DNA from: Octopus vulgaris
Lineage: Eukaryota
Length of the DNA: 64,000 nt
NCBI GenBank assembly: GCA_951406725.2
Contig: OX597814.1
Location: 20,212,001 to 20,276,000 of the forward strand
Direction: 5' to 3'
Positions 52,150-64,000 of the stretch are shown here, one piece after another. The notes beneath the pieces are model-generated. The model was not told the DNA's origin and made no database searches. It was given only the letters and a program-made list of their open reading frames with translations. The position numbers and the translations under genes are program-made. Positions within the stretch are counted from its first letter, which is position 1. Each line of letters opens with the position of its first letter.

Positions 52150-53760
52150 CTGAAGGATATCGCACTTATTCACAAGGAAACAGAAATACCAAAATTACAC
52201 ACTGTTTCTGTGTGGATGACTTAAAACTTTATGCAAAGAATATGCATGAGGTGAAAAAGAGCCATGCCCTAGTTACAATATTCTCAAAGGATCTAGGATT
52301 GGAGTTTGGTCAGGATAAATGTTATATGGTTGTGAAAAGAGGGAAAACTATAAACCAGACTTGTAACATCTCCATTAATGATTTGACTGCTTCCCCTGTA
52401 TCTGATGAGGAATGTTACAGGTATCTAGGGGTGGAGGAAAATATATCTTACAGTGGCACCTGTAACAAAACACGTGTCACTAAAGAATATTACAGCTGAA
52501 TAAAGAAAAATTGGGCCTCAGAACTCTCTGCATTCAATAAAACAGGGGCCAACAATGTGTTTGCAGTACCAGTACTCATACCAATATTTGGGCTGCTTGA
52601 TTGGACGCTTGATGAGACCCAAGCTATTGATGTGAAAACCTGAAAAATACGAACAAGCACACATAATTTCCACATAAACAGTGATGTAGCTCGCCTCTAC
52701 CTAAAATGAAAACAAGGTGGAAGAGGCTTAACATTAATCCAAAATGCCTTTGGATGTCGCATCATATCCCTTCGGCAACATCATTTAACCACCAAGTGTT
52801 TAAGTGCATCCCTTGACCAAGTTTGCATGCATGAGGCTGATAACATCATAAGACTTGGAAGGCAGCTACTTGAGCAACACTTTTTGTCTGATAACCTAAA
52901 ATACATGCTGAAAGAAGTTGCATGACTCTACTGCAATGTATCATCAGATGAAAGCCTATATGAGTAGATGACTATGCTTGGATATATTACTAGAAAGCTC
53001 CGTGATGATTGTAACATTGATCATCAAAGCAGTTTATCATGGACCAATAGCCGGATTACTACCTCCCACTTTGAAGGGTACGCATTTGCAATCCAGGAAC
53101 AAGAAATATTAACCAAGTACCTGATGCATAAAAGGAATAGAGATGCAGGTAAAGCCATAAAGTGTGACAACCGATGCAGACTTTGTGGAGTTCACATTGA
53201 AGATATCACCCACATCATAAGCAGTTGTCTGACAATGTCATCACAGTATTATCTACCGATGAGACATGATGTTGTAGCTAGGACACTCTATAATGAAATC
53301 TGTTGAAAGGATAATCTTAAGGACAAAGAAATAAGAACCCAAAATCTGGTAGAAGCCATAACTACTCATAATAATAAGGAATACTGGTGGAATATACCAG
53401 TGAAGACCTCAATAAAATGTAAGCACAACAAGCTTGATATAATGATTTAGGATAGAGAAGAGCAACTGTGTACAGTTGTGGAAATTAGCTGCCCTGCGGA
53501 TGTTAACCTAAAGCTAAATTAAAGATCAGTGAAAAGGAGAACACCTATGCTGAACTATTAAGAAATCTGCAGTTACTCTATCCAGATTACAAGTTCAGGT
53601 TTATACCTGTAATTATTGGGGCCCTGGGATATGTAACACACTATCTAAATACCAATCTTGAAAAATTAGACTTCTCAAAACAAGAAAGGAGAAAGTTAAT
53701 TTGAAGCCTACAGATCCAATCCATTACTGGAACTGTAAAAATATGTAAAACTTTCCATGC
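52150..53760 (+). mobile_element. R4/Dong-type LINE pseudogene (RT end, CCHC, restriction-like endonuclease)
   Basis: VDDLKLYAK, YRYLG, AIQEQEI, CRLC..EDITHIISSC, RHDVVA, IIGALG; many stops. Confidence 0.85.
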
Positions 53761-54619
53761 AACTATATGCATGAGAATACATATATAAAACACACATCTG
53801 CACATACATACATACAAACAAAAATACCCTGTTGTTGATGTTAGGTTAGAAACTGGTTCTTTATTGGCAAAAAATCTTGAAATAAATTGAATAATGACAC
53901 ACATACATACATTTGCATAGTCAGTTTGCTTGGCTTTTTTTTAAATATAAAATTGGAAGAGATGATGTTTTATAAATAGAGACAGGTAGGGAGAAAGAGA
54001 GGAATAAATTAGAAAGGAAGGTGCAGGGGTGAGAGAAGGAGAGAGTGGGAGATAGTGAAGATAGAGAAGAGAAAAGAAACTAGAAAAGAAGAAAGAAAAA
54101 AGTTTGAGATGTAGGGCAAGGCATAGCTTTTGTATCAGTGTGGTCAAACTTACTTAATTCAATATGTAGATATTTTCTCTTTTATTGACCTTTTAGGTAG
54201 GGATGGAAAAGAATCTATTGTATTGGAGTATTTTTTAATTGGAAGGCCAGATGTTGTTTTTGATTTTCTCCAGTAAGAATTATAATTACATTTTATGGTC
54301 TTGCTTTTCTTAATTCTTTTGTATTCATTAATGTGATGGAGAGAGAATGGTTGTATAGATGTGGTCATATTTTCAGATGTTTTTGATTTGATGTTGTTGA
54401 AAAGCTGGTCACTTTGTACTCAGAGCAGTGGCCTTTGACCTCCATAGGCAATAAAAATTGGAGATGACATTCCTTCTGTACCCAAAACAAGACACACACA
54501 CACACACACACAAGTTTGTGTGTGTATAAAGGGATACAGATATTGTTTGCTCATTATCACCAAGCATCTCAATTCATTCGTTGCAACTAGTTTGTGATTG
54601 AGATATTTTATCTTGCAAG

Positions 54620-55143
54620 GTAGAGAAAGGTAGGAAATTCTTCATATTTTATCAGGTTTTGAAAAGAACAGAAAGCTTGCAGACAAGGATCTATTTGTCT
54701 TTTGCTCCCACCTCACTGAACTGCAAGAAGATATGAAGCGTTGATTTCATGATCTGTTTGTTCTTCGAGTTCCTGACTGGATTGTCAACCCTTTCATTGA
54801 CATTGGTGGAGAAGAGAGTGGAGAGTTAGAAGAGGAGCTGATAACTCTTCAAAATGATATTGAATTGAAGCCTAAATTCCGCAAGTGCTATCAAGAATTT
54901 GGGCTTCAAAAAGCTCTCTGTGACCACTATCCGGAGCTTTGGAAGAAATTCAAATTGATTTTCATTGCCTTTCCAACATCTTATTTGGTTGAGAGAAGAT
55001 TCAGTGTAGTCGCTCGCCTTCTTATGAAGCAGCAGTGTAAGCTCCGAATTATGGAGCGTGGTGATCTCAGGTTTATTTTTAGCACAATTCAGCCTGAGGT
55101 TCAGAGGCTACTTTCACTTCACCAAGCTCATCCTTCTCATTGA
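54620..55143 (+). pseudogene. Buster/Charlie transposase C-terminal dimerization region
   Basis: PDWIVNPF..EELITLQND..YPELW..FIAFPTSYLVERRFS..RGDLR..HQAHPSH-stop. Confidence 0.85.
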
Positions 55144-56134
55144 AGCCCCTCCCTAAAAGTCTACCTGGATGGGCTGTTTTAGTGGTATACTATTATGGCT
55201 TTAGTCTTTCATCGCTCTCCTTTTGCTATGAACACCGTAGCAACATATACTTTTTAATGCACGAACTTAGTGACATTTATATGAACAAACTCTTGTTATT
55301 GGTGTGAAATTCCTTTCATACAGGGCTTATAACATTGCCTTTTTAATACATTCCTTTGTTGCATGTATTTCTTTTCTTTTGTGGGAGACTCTTGTACCAA
55401 ACACTGCTGCATACTAGTAATCAAGACCTACAGTTGCAACTACTTATTGACCACTGTATTTTGAGATTTCTGTTTCATGTAAAGTTGTGCATAGTTTTTA
55501 GAGGTTATAAATCACATGTTAACACTACAGAAACTACCTTTCTGGGCAGCATACTTCTGACACTTGCTCTCAGTATGTCTACATATTTTGTTCTTTATTT
55601 TTCAGTTTTTGTATTACACTGTTGCTTCCCTTTTTTCCTAATGCCTTACTGGCTTGCCATGGGATAACATGGTGATGTATCAGAGCGAGTTAACTATCTT
55701 CCTTCACATATTGTTTACATTTATAATGTGGAAAGCTCCGTTCACCAAAACACTATTGCTGCACATCTATACAGCACTTTGCTGAATGTTGCTAATAAAG
55801 GTTCTTTTGCGAAACAGAGAGGCAACAAGATCTGTTTCTGCTGTACTTCGAAGAGAGAAGAACTGCGACTGAAGTGTAATTAATGTTGAACTACCAGAAG
55901 ATCTCAGAAACCTTTGTCCAACAGCCAAATGCTTTTGAACACCTTTCTCTCTCACATTCCTAAAGAAAAGGTTTATTTCTTCTCTGAAAATTCAATTAAT
56001 TCACTGCAAGTTTTGTATTATGATATTTCGACACAGATCATGATATATTCTCTGCTTACACCAAAACACCTTTCTTTGACACACTTAGCTATATTTGTTA
56101 CACTTTCTGTGTTTGTTATTCGTATCTCTCTCTC

Positions 56135-56515
56135 TTTTTTCTTTTACTTGTTTCAGTCATTTGACTGCGGCCATGCTGGAGCACCGCCTTTAATCGAGCA
56201 ACTCGACCCCGGGACTTATTATTTGTAAGCCCAGTACTTATTCTATCGGTCTCTTTTGCCGAACCGCTAAGTGATGGGGACGTAAACACACCAGCATCGG
56301 TTGTCAAGCAATGCTAGGGGGACAAACACAGACACACAAACACACACATACATATATACGACAGGCTTCTTTCAGTTTCCGTCTACCAAATCCACTCACA
56401 AGGCATTGGTCGGCCCGGGGCTATAGCAGAAGACACTTGCCCAAGATGCCACGCAGTGGGACTGAACCCGAAACCATGTGGTTGGTTAGCAAGCTACTTA
56501 CCACACAGCCACTCC
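56135..56515 (-). mobile_element. Young main-family SINE
   Basis: Near-identical to 2635-3050. Confidence 0.85.
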
Positions 56516-59500
56516 TAGGGTTATTACGTTGTTGATCAGGTGAGTCGAGGATTTAATTTCAAACCTAACAAAGATGTTTAGTTAAGCCCAAAGCCTTCTC
56601 CTTCTGATGTAATTAAAACCTTTAAAAATCATGCATGCCACTACAATGCTGTCTTCTCCTATATGCGTTTTAAATTTGTGCATTATTTTATTGAGTAAGA
56701 ATATGTAATGAAGGTTTCTTTTTTGGCAGTGGATTGGGGGACGCTATGAATTTATTATATTATTATAGTATTATATAAAAATTTTATAATATTATGTTAA
56801 ATATCAAATGATTCATAATACATATAGATTAGTAAAATATTTATTTATACATGAAAATATGCATGTGGCCTTGAGGGGGTGTAGTGGCTTAAAAAGTTTG
56901 AGAACTTTTGATCTAGGATTGTGTGTCACTACTGTCCCCTTCTACCCTTTTTCAACAAATTGCAGTGAACCTGAATACTATATACAGAAAGTTCATTATT
57001 TTTTTAGGTAGCACTGTGTGATTTGAAGGGTATTTAATTTATATATCAAACCTATGACAAGAGATTGACACTCATTGGCTCAGATTCATAATGAATGTTT
57101 ATTTCCAGATCAATCTTGATTGTGCAAACATGTAATAAAAGGCATTGAAACTATGTTTACCTTGTATTTCCCCTATACACAAGGAACCCAAGGTTGCATT
57201 TCCCCAATTTGTCTTTTTCTAAGTTAGGAGGATGTGATTTGTTTTTATTTCAGAATCTTATATTATAAAAGAGAAGCTGATCTCTGTCTGTCCATCACAG
57301 CATCCATTAGAAAGAGGGAAAAAGAGGAACAGAAAAAGTTGTTGTTAAGAGAGAAATATAGTGACAGAGAGAGAAAGAGAGAGAGAGAGAGAGAAAGAGA
57401 GTGTGTGTGTGTGTGAAAGATAGATAATGTTGTTACCATAGTAACTTACAAGTTTAATGAAAAAGCAGAAATTTTAAGTGCAACTCTGTCAGCACAATGC
57501 TACACAGACTTTAAAAAAAGCCAGTATGTGTGTGTGTAATATATATATAGTTATTTTTGGGGGAGTTGTGTATGTATCTGTGTGTCTTTCAAAGTATAGA
57601 CAACGCATCACAGACTTTAAAAAAAGACTTTCACTTTGAACAATTTATGAAGGTATGTGCTAAATTAAACAAATAATTTCGTTAGCAGTGTAGTGACAGG
57701 CAACAATTGAGTCTCACTTGAACACTGGGAAACATGTCATTCTCTTGTAAAGTAATTTTATTAATTCTAAAGAAAATTTTTTGGATTGAAGTGATCTGAG
57801 CAATTCCTTTTTAATGTTTCACATCATCTTATTCTTCTGGCAACAATGGGTTGTTTTAAAGAAATCGACTGATTGTTTCTTTTCTCTAAATGTATATTTT
57901 TTAATTTGTTTGACTCCCTACTCTCATAATAAAATATACACATGCATATCCAACATATATACAGAGTTCAGGTTTGTGGAAATGTGATGAACCCCTACAG
58001 TGAATATACTTTGAATATTACCAACACCTTTTAACCTCACCTACCACCAAGAAATTCATAGGTAAAATTATTTCTAAAAGCAATAAAAATTCTTGAGAGA
58101 CTTGTTGCAGAGAAAATAATAAAGAATGAACAGCACACATACTTTTTCAATAAAGTTAGTAGAATAGATAAACAAGCATCTAACAAAGAAAATTAGAAGG
58201 AAAATGAGGACTCTTTTGGTAATAACAGAAGCCAGATAGTCAGAAACAAATATTTTGGTTTTATGGTAATCCTGAACATGGGAACAATGATGTCAAACCT
58301 GTACCAGAAATTTCTGACAGATCAGCTTAAAACATGACTATCTGTAAGATTCTTTGAAAAAAAAGTGAAGGTTTGTCATTTTAAAAACAAGAGAACCTTA
58401 TAATAATCAGTAGTTTAATACATGAATTTATTTTAAGTTTTAGAATATCCCCAAACTCTGAGAATAATAGAGGCAACAACAAAGCAATGACCAAGAACAC
58501 AAAGTACACATCAAGAACAGAAGACAAAAAAAAAGGAGGAAAAGAAGAAAAAGTTTTGTGGAAACCAGTGTTGTTATTTCAAAATATGCATGGAGAGTGA
58601 GTTAAACAAAGTGGGTGGAGCTGAAGTATTTAGAATAATCTTTTACAGCTAAAGAGTGATAGCAAGGTCGTCTGTAGTAATTGAGCATGTTAATGTGTGA
58701 GGAGGAGTGTATATGTGTGCTGGGGAGTGTGTGAGTGCATTGTAGATTTTGGACTGTAAAAAGCTATAGTTTGTTACTATAAGGGTGGTGTAAACAAAGC
58801 ATAAAGTTATGCATGTAGTGGACAGATTGTGTGTGTGTACACACATATAATGGGTGGGGACTGAGGGTGAAGTGAACATAAGGGCATTTATCAAAGTGTG
58901 GGATTGTTGAGAAGCAGCATCATTACAGGAGGGCAATGTAATTATTAATTTTAAAAGAAATTAATTGTTGTTCTCTATGCAAGTGAAAAGTGGGAGTTCT
59001 GTGGTGCACACAGTACAGAACATTGAATTCACCTCTTTCTTCCTTAATAGCGTAATTACATATTTTGTATTCTTGTTTACTGGATATTTCATTACCATTA
59101 TGCTGACACAGACCTCAAAATTACCACTGCATTTAACTTGTTTTCTCCACATTTAAATAGATAATTGCCCACTGTTATATAGAGACAGATTTGTTGGATC
59201 ACCAGCAAATTTGATGGCAGCCTTTCAATTTTAGACCAATGTCCTCCAAAATTGACAATTTCCCAATCTATTGATTATTTCCTACTAGTGGTCCTAGTAT
59301 AAACTGCCATTTGGATATATCATTGATTCAGTGCAGGGCCTCTTAAACCATTTGGGTTCCCCTACACACAGTTTCAACTGTGATTCCTTCAAATGTCTTG
59401 AGGTCCTTTGTTTTCAGTCTGTAGTACTCCTCAAATGTGCCAGGACTCCCATGAGGCCATATGATTCCTACTGAAAATGACTAATCTCAAATACTGAAGT

Positions 59501-59944
59501 AAGTGCAACATATTTATAATAACTCAAAAAATATTAATTAAAATTATGCCTTTAGTGAAGAGAACTATCATTATCAAAATGAGCAATTCTAACTGAAAAA
59601 GCAGGGGAGACAATTCCCAACCTTCTGTTTATGATGGTTTTAAATCTTCTATTGAAGCGGTATATTACAAAGCTATTTCTGCTGGTTTATACATGGGTTT
59701 CAAACTGTGTCTTTTTAGTTGTTAATTAGAAAGTTGATTACATATCAGCTCTCTTGCCATATTTCTATCATGGTATTCGTTAAATTTTCAATTACCAGTG
59801 ACTTAGTCCTGAAAGTTACTAATTGAAGTATAAACAGTTTCAAAGCTCCCAGTGAAGACGCTTTCATTGATTGTTGTTTGAGACTGTTACTAGTTTATTA
59901 TTTGTTATTATTGTTGTTGAGAGTGTAGAACGACCGTGAGAAAA

Positions 59945-60495
59945 CCCCTATCTTGCCCAGGATATCAATCGTCTGGAAGCTGTTCAGCGACGTGCAACCA
60001 AAAGAATACCCTCCATCAGGCATTTGCCATATCCTGAATGCCTTACTTCCCTGGGCATGGACACATTGAAACTCCGACGTCTGGCAGCTGACTTGGCAGA
60101 CACCCATAAAATTATCAACCATCGTACAAACAATAACTCTGAGCACCTTTTCAAACTCCACCCATCTAACACCCGTGGACATATTTACAAAGTCAGAAAA
60201 CAGCACAGCTCCCATGACTTCAGGAAACATTTTTTCACACTGAGAGTTGCTGAAGCATGGAACAAACTGCCGGCATCAGTTGTTAGTTGTCGGAGCACTG
60301 CATCCTTCAAAACTTTCATGCTTTCTGAGATTCGCCAACACTACACCTGATTTTCTCCCCTCCATACACACACAAGCGTGTATCTGACTCATACATTGTT
60401 CACTTTCCAGACATTTGTACATTACTGCATGTACTTTATATGCACTTTCTGACAAGTTGTGGTGCACCTGAGCACTGTATACAATAATTTCATTA
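59945..60495 (+). mobile_element. CR1-clade LINE 3' end
   Basis: LEAVQRRATK..L..LGMDTLKLRRL.ADL..TRGH..FF..RV..AWNKLP. Confidence 0.85.
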
Positions 60496-60529
60496 TATAT
60501 ATATATATATATATATATAAAAGGAGATG

Positions 60530-61626
60530 GTGACGAATAAATGACTCCTTTAAACACTGCACAGTCGCTTTACAATAAAGCCAAAATATGGATAAATGAA
60601 TACAAGTGCCAGGAAGGAATAAGAAGACGACACAACCATAATATGTTTAAGAGAAAGGTTTTATTTAGGTGTTGACATGTGGGAAGCAGAGTGTGTGTCT
60701 GTGAGTTTGACATAAGTACATACATAATAATAATAATAGACAGGCCGTCATACAATAATATGTATGTGTGTTAGCAGAGTGTGTCTGTGTGTTCAACATA
60801 AGTACATATATAATAAGAACAATAAAACAGGCCGTCAAGCATACAATAGTGTGTACAAACAAGGTGTATGCGTGTGAAATAAAATACAGAGCATAGAAAG
60901 TCTATTACAGGACGTTAGAAGTTCAGACACAATGAAGTGTGAGATACAATACAAAGTATAGAAAGTGGTTACAATAGGACACTAGATGAATGTTTAGGCA
61001 CAAGGTAAAGATAAATATTAGTTCGCCGTAAGAATGCAATAGTTGGAGTCCTGTACAAGAGATTGAGGCAAAAAGGGCAGAGCCAGTTACTACGTGTGTA
61101 GAGGTTCTATGCTGTGCCAGGTTACTTGGTACAGAAGGTTCTCACAGGTAGACTTGCTGTTAACCATGATGAAATATTCACAAACAGCATGAAGTTAAAC
61201 CTAGGCGAATTTTAGTGTCAATTAGATGAAGGCAATGGTGGTGGAGACGACGTTAAGATTGAAGGCGACATTAAGATGAAGGCGACAGTGGTGGCGGTCA
61301 TGAAATGCTGCGGTGGTGTTGTCAGTCGTTGTCTGTCGCTGGAACTGGCTGTGTGTCGCTGGATGTTCTATGGTCAGAGGTTAGTCCTTAGAAGGACTAG
61401 AACCAAAGACACAATATGGTTTGTTGTGACTAGCTTTATAGAGATTAGTAGGCTCCAGAAGAAAATTTAGAAGACTGCGTCATGGGACCTTATCAGAAGG
61501 CTGCGATTAGTTGGGTTACACATTGGCATGAAATAAAACAAGAGACAAACTGCACCAAAACTAACCAATCAGAGTAGTGGACACAACAGGGCCTAAGCAG
61601 CCGAAGGCTAACTGTTATCTGCTACT
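60530..61626 (-). mobile_element. Possible solo LTR with internal ~90-bp tandem duplication
   Basis: Degenerate TG..CA-like ends, CCAAT/TATA/AATAAA-like signals, repeat pair at about 60685-60870; no clear TSD. Confidence 0.3.
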
Positions 61627-61816
61627 TCTGTATTTGTATTATATATGTCAGAGAGAGAGGATGAATTTCACTAAGCTTCGCTACAAGAGCAACTCCTCTC
61701 AACTTTGATAAAGCAGACATTATGGTTAAAGGCATTTCAGTGTGACCAACCTGCCACTTTTTAATTATGTTGAACTACATTGTTTTATGTTTTTTTCTAC
61801 CCTTTACTTAAGAAAG

Positions 61817-62960
61817 TATGAGGATCAGCTGAGAAGTTCATAGGCTGACAAAGATACTCTCATGGAATATGACCAAATGAGGTTTATTTTTCAACATTGC
61901 CTCTATTGTGGTCAACACACTTTCCCCAAGAGTGCCTGGATCTCATTGGTGAACAAACTTTCATCCTGTTAGTCAAAAAGTTCATCAACAGCAGACATGA
62001 CGTCAACATAACTGTGATACTGGTTCCTAGCCAAGTGCTTTTTTATGTTGGGGAACAGATGATAGTCAGATGGAGCCAAATCAAGAGAATAGGGAAGATG
62101 TTCAACCAGTTCAAAGCTACAGTCACACACAGAAGCCATTGAAACTAAGGGCTTGTGTGTTAGAGCATCATCTTAATGAAACAAGAACCATTTCCCTGGT
62201 TGCTTGGTCTTGATAACTTTTTTTAACTGTGTCAGTAAGTTGGCATAGTACTCTCCATTAATGGTATGGCTCTTTTGAAGGTAGTCAATAAACACAACGT
62301 CTTTTGCATCCCAAAAAACTGAAGCCATCACCTTCTCTGCAGATAAAACAACCTTGGTCTTCTTTGGAGCAGGTGAGGAGAAGTATTTCCACTACATGGG
62401 TTATCTTTTTGTCTCCAAGTCTAAGTGATGAAGCTAACACTCATCCTGAGTTAGGAAATGTTCAAGGAAACCAGCTGGATCTGTTTCAAACAATGTCAGA
62501 TATTCCCATGATGTGATCAGTTTGGTGAGCTTTTTATCAGGTGTCAGAAGATGTGGCACCCACTGAGAAGAAACCTTTGTTTTGCCAAGTTCATGGGCAG
62601 AATATTCTCAACTCTCTCACAAGATATGCTAATAGCATTGGCTACTTGACTTATAGTCAATCGCCAGTCATTCATCTTCATGTGGTGAATGCAATCGATG
62701 TTTTCTTCAGGGGCGGCAGTTACAGAAGGTTCAGACCTTGAGTCATGTTGAAGACTCTCCCTTCCCCTCCTAAATTTAGCTACCCACTTTTGCATTGTTG
62801 ATGAAGCTGGAGCATCATCCCCTTAAGTAGCAACCACGTCAGCCTGAATGCCCTTGGAGGACTAAACCCTTTTTCTGTAGGTACTTGATAACACTGTGAT
62901 GCCAAATTTGATCTATTTGCAAGAGAAGTTACTACTACTTACTTTTTTAAGTCTGAGGTC
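61817..62960 (-). mobile_element. Mariner element, decayed
   Basis: QKWVAKFRRGRESL.HD.RS..EENI..I..M.MND.RLTI.QVA..ISIS.ERVENIL; TA-flanked TIR at 61817. Confidence 0.85.
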
Positions 62961-62964
62961 TTCT

Positions 62965-64000
62965 TTAAGCAGGCAGATGTCAGTTTACCTGGAAAGAAAC
63001 AATCCAATTATTAATAAGAAAAATCGAAATTTATAATCTAGGGAAGGTATGAATGGTGATGATGCTGAGAGAGCCGAGGACATAGAAATCAGGTGTAAGC
63101 CACCAGATGTGAAAACAGCCAGGAAGTGGAAAGCAGAAGCAGAAACTGATGACATTCAGTCTGACACACTGAGATATGGTGGGTGCAATACAAATTCGTT
63201 GGAAGGAACTTGGTTTTGGTGCAGATCGGTTCAGACTGTCTGCAAGTATGATGCAGAGCAAACACAGATCTGTTGTTAGCAACAGCGTCAAAACAAGGGA
63301 AGCAGAGATAAGAGACCTTCATTTGATCCAATGCACTCAACAAGAACAGATGACAAGATGGGAGGAGCATGTTATTGAGAGAAGAATAAATTGGAATGAG
63401 ATATGGAGGTGGACCACATCTTGGCTAAGTTTTCTGATTCATTCATCCTGTGATGTCTTACCATCACCTGCAACTCTAGTAAGCTGGAACGTCTCAGAGA
63501 ATGATATATGCAAATGCAAAAAGGTCAGAACACTGAAACATCCTTTCCAGCTGTTCACTAGCTTTGAATAGGTATACATGGAGACACAACCTGGTCCTTA
63601 AGGTTATCTTCAATGCTATAAAGAACCAAATTGATCTCAAAAGCAGTGAAAAAAAAACCGTTGAAAGTACCAACTAGAGATTTTATTACCTTTGTGCACT
63701 CAGGATAACAGATCCGTTTCAAGAAGTAGAAACTTCCTATGAGCGAAAAAAAGTGGAATGGCTATTGGGAGGTGGCTGCAGATTTACCAGGGTGCCAGAG
63801 ACCTTTTCCCATCCCAGTTAAGAAAAATACCAGACATTTTAGTGTGGTGTGAAAGAAAGAAAGTTGTAAATCTAGTCAAGTTAACAGTTCCTCATGAAGA
63901 TAAGATGGACGCTACTTGGGCTTGAAAGATTGACTGTTATGTAAACCTCCTCACGGAATGTGAAGACACAGGCCGGAAAGTGGAGCATTTTCCAATCGAA
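62965..64000 (+). mobile_element. Restriction-endonuclease-type LINE (Hero/NeSL-like) 3' part, decayed
   Basis: WNEIW..LSFLI.S..DVLPSPA.L..W, Cys/His knuckle, YTWRHN.VL, PDI, LTVPHE. Confidence 0.75.

Larger units (their letters stand above)
51402..56910 (+). mobile_element. hAT Charlie/Buster element carrying nested insertions
   Basis: TIRs caaaggttctcaaa / tttgagaacttttg; TSD atctaggg / atctagga; internal transposase C-terminus. Confidence 0.7.

Noticed and set aside
55150-56120. Possible piggyBac or other transposase remnant on the minus strand
   Set aside because: Too many stops in every frame I read and no unambiguous motif
57254-57350. Candidate PM20D1 exon 2 after tttcag
   Set aside because: No FP..H / YSLL / AH.DVVP similarity, and the phase-1 frame reaches a stop; it lies in repeat-like sequence
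53950-58500. Faint Penelope RT/GIY-YIG-like peptides at about 54150-54420 (-) and 58030-58500 (+)
   Set aside because: Similarity too weak to call by eye; needs a profile search

Overview
AT-rich, repeat-dense animal genomic DNA. The SINE, RTE, Helitron, mariner and microsatellite repertoire resembles Octopus (coleoid cephalopod) DNA; this is recognition from memory, not a database result. Two host genes are supported, both on the + strand. (1) A complete two-coding-exon TRIM E3 ligase (RING, two B-boxes, coiled coil, NHL-type propeller; 22129-22639 joined to 35895-37366, 660 aa, 13.3-kb phase-1 intron). (2) The first coding exon of a PM20D1-like M20 peptidase/amidohydrolase (46798-47062); I found no later exon in this window. 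The rest is decayed transposons (RTE, R4/Dong, CR1, Hero/NeSL-like LINEs, Gypsy, mariner, hAT, piggyBac MITEs, Helitrons, tRNA-derived SINEs), an intron-containing tRNA-like pseudogene and simple repeats. The most notable signals are: minimal hammerhead-ribozyme motifs with covariation in (TA)n-embedded elements; long near-perfect fold-back hairpins; a perfect 66-bp inverted templated insertion in the TRIM intron; a possible in-frame splice from the TRIM RING exon to the PM20D1 exon; and a 10x29-bp UGCAUG-bearing intronic minisatellite. There is no CRISPR array or prokaryotic system.
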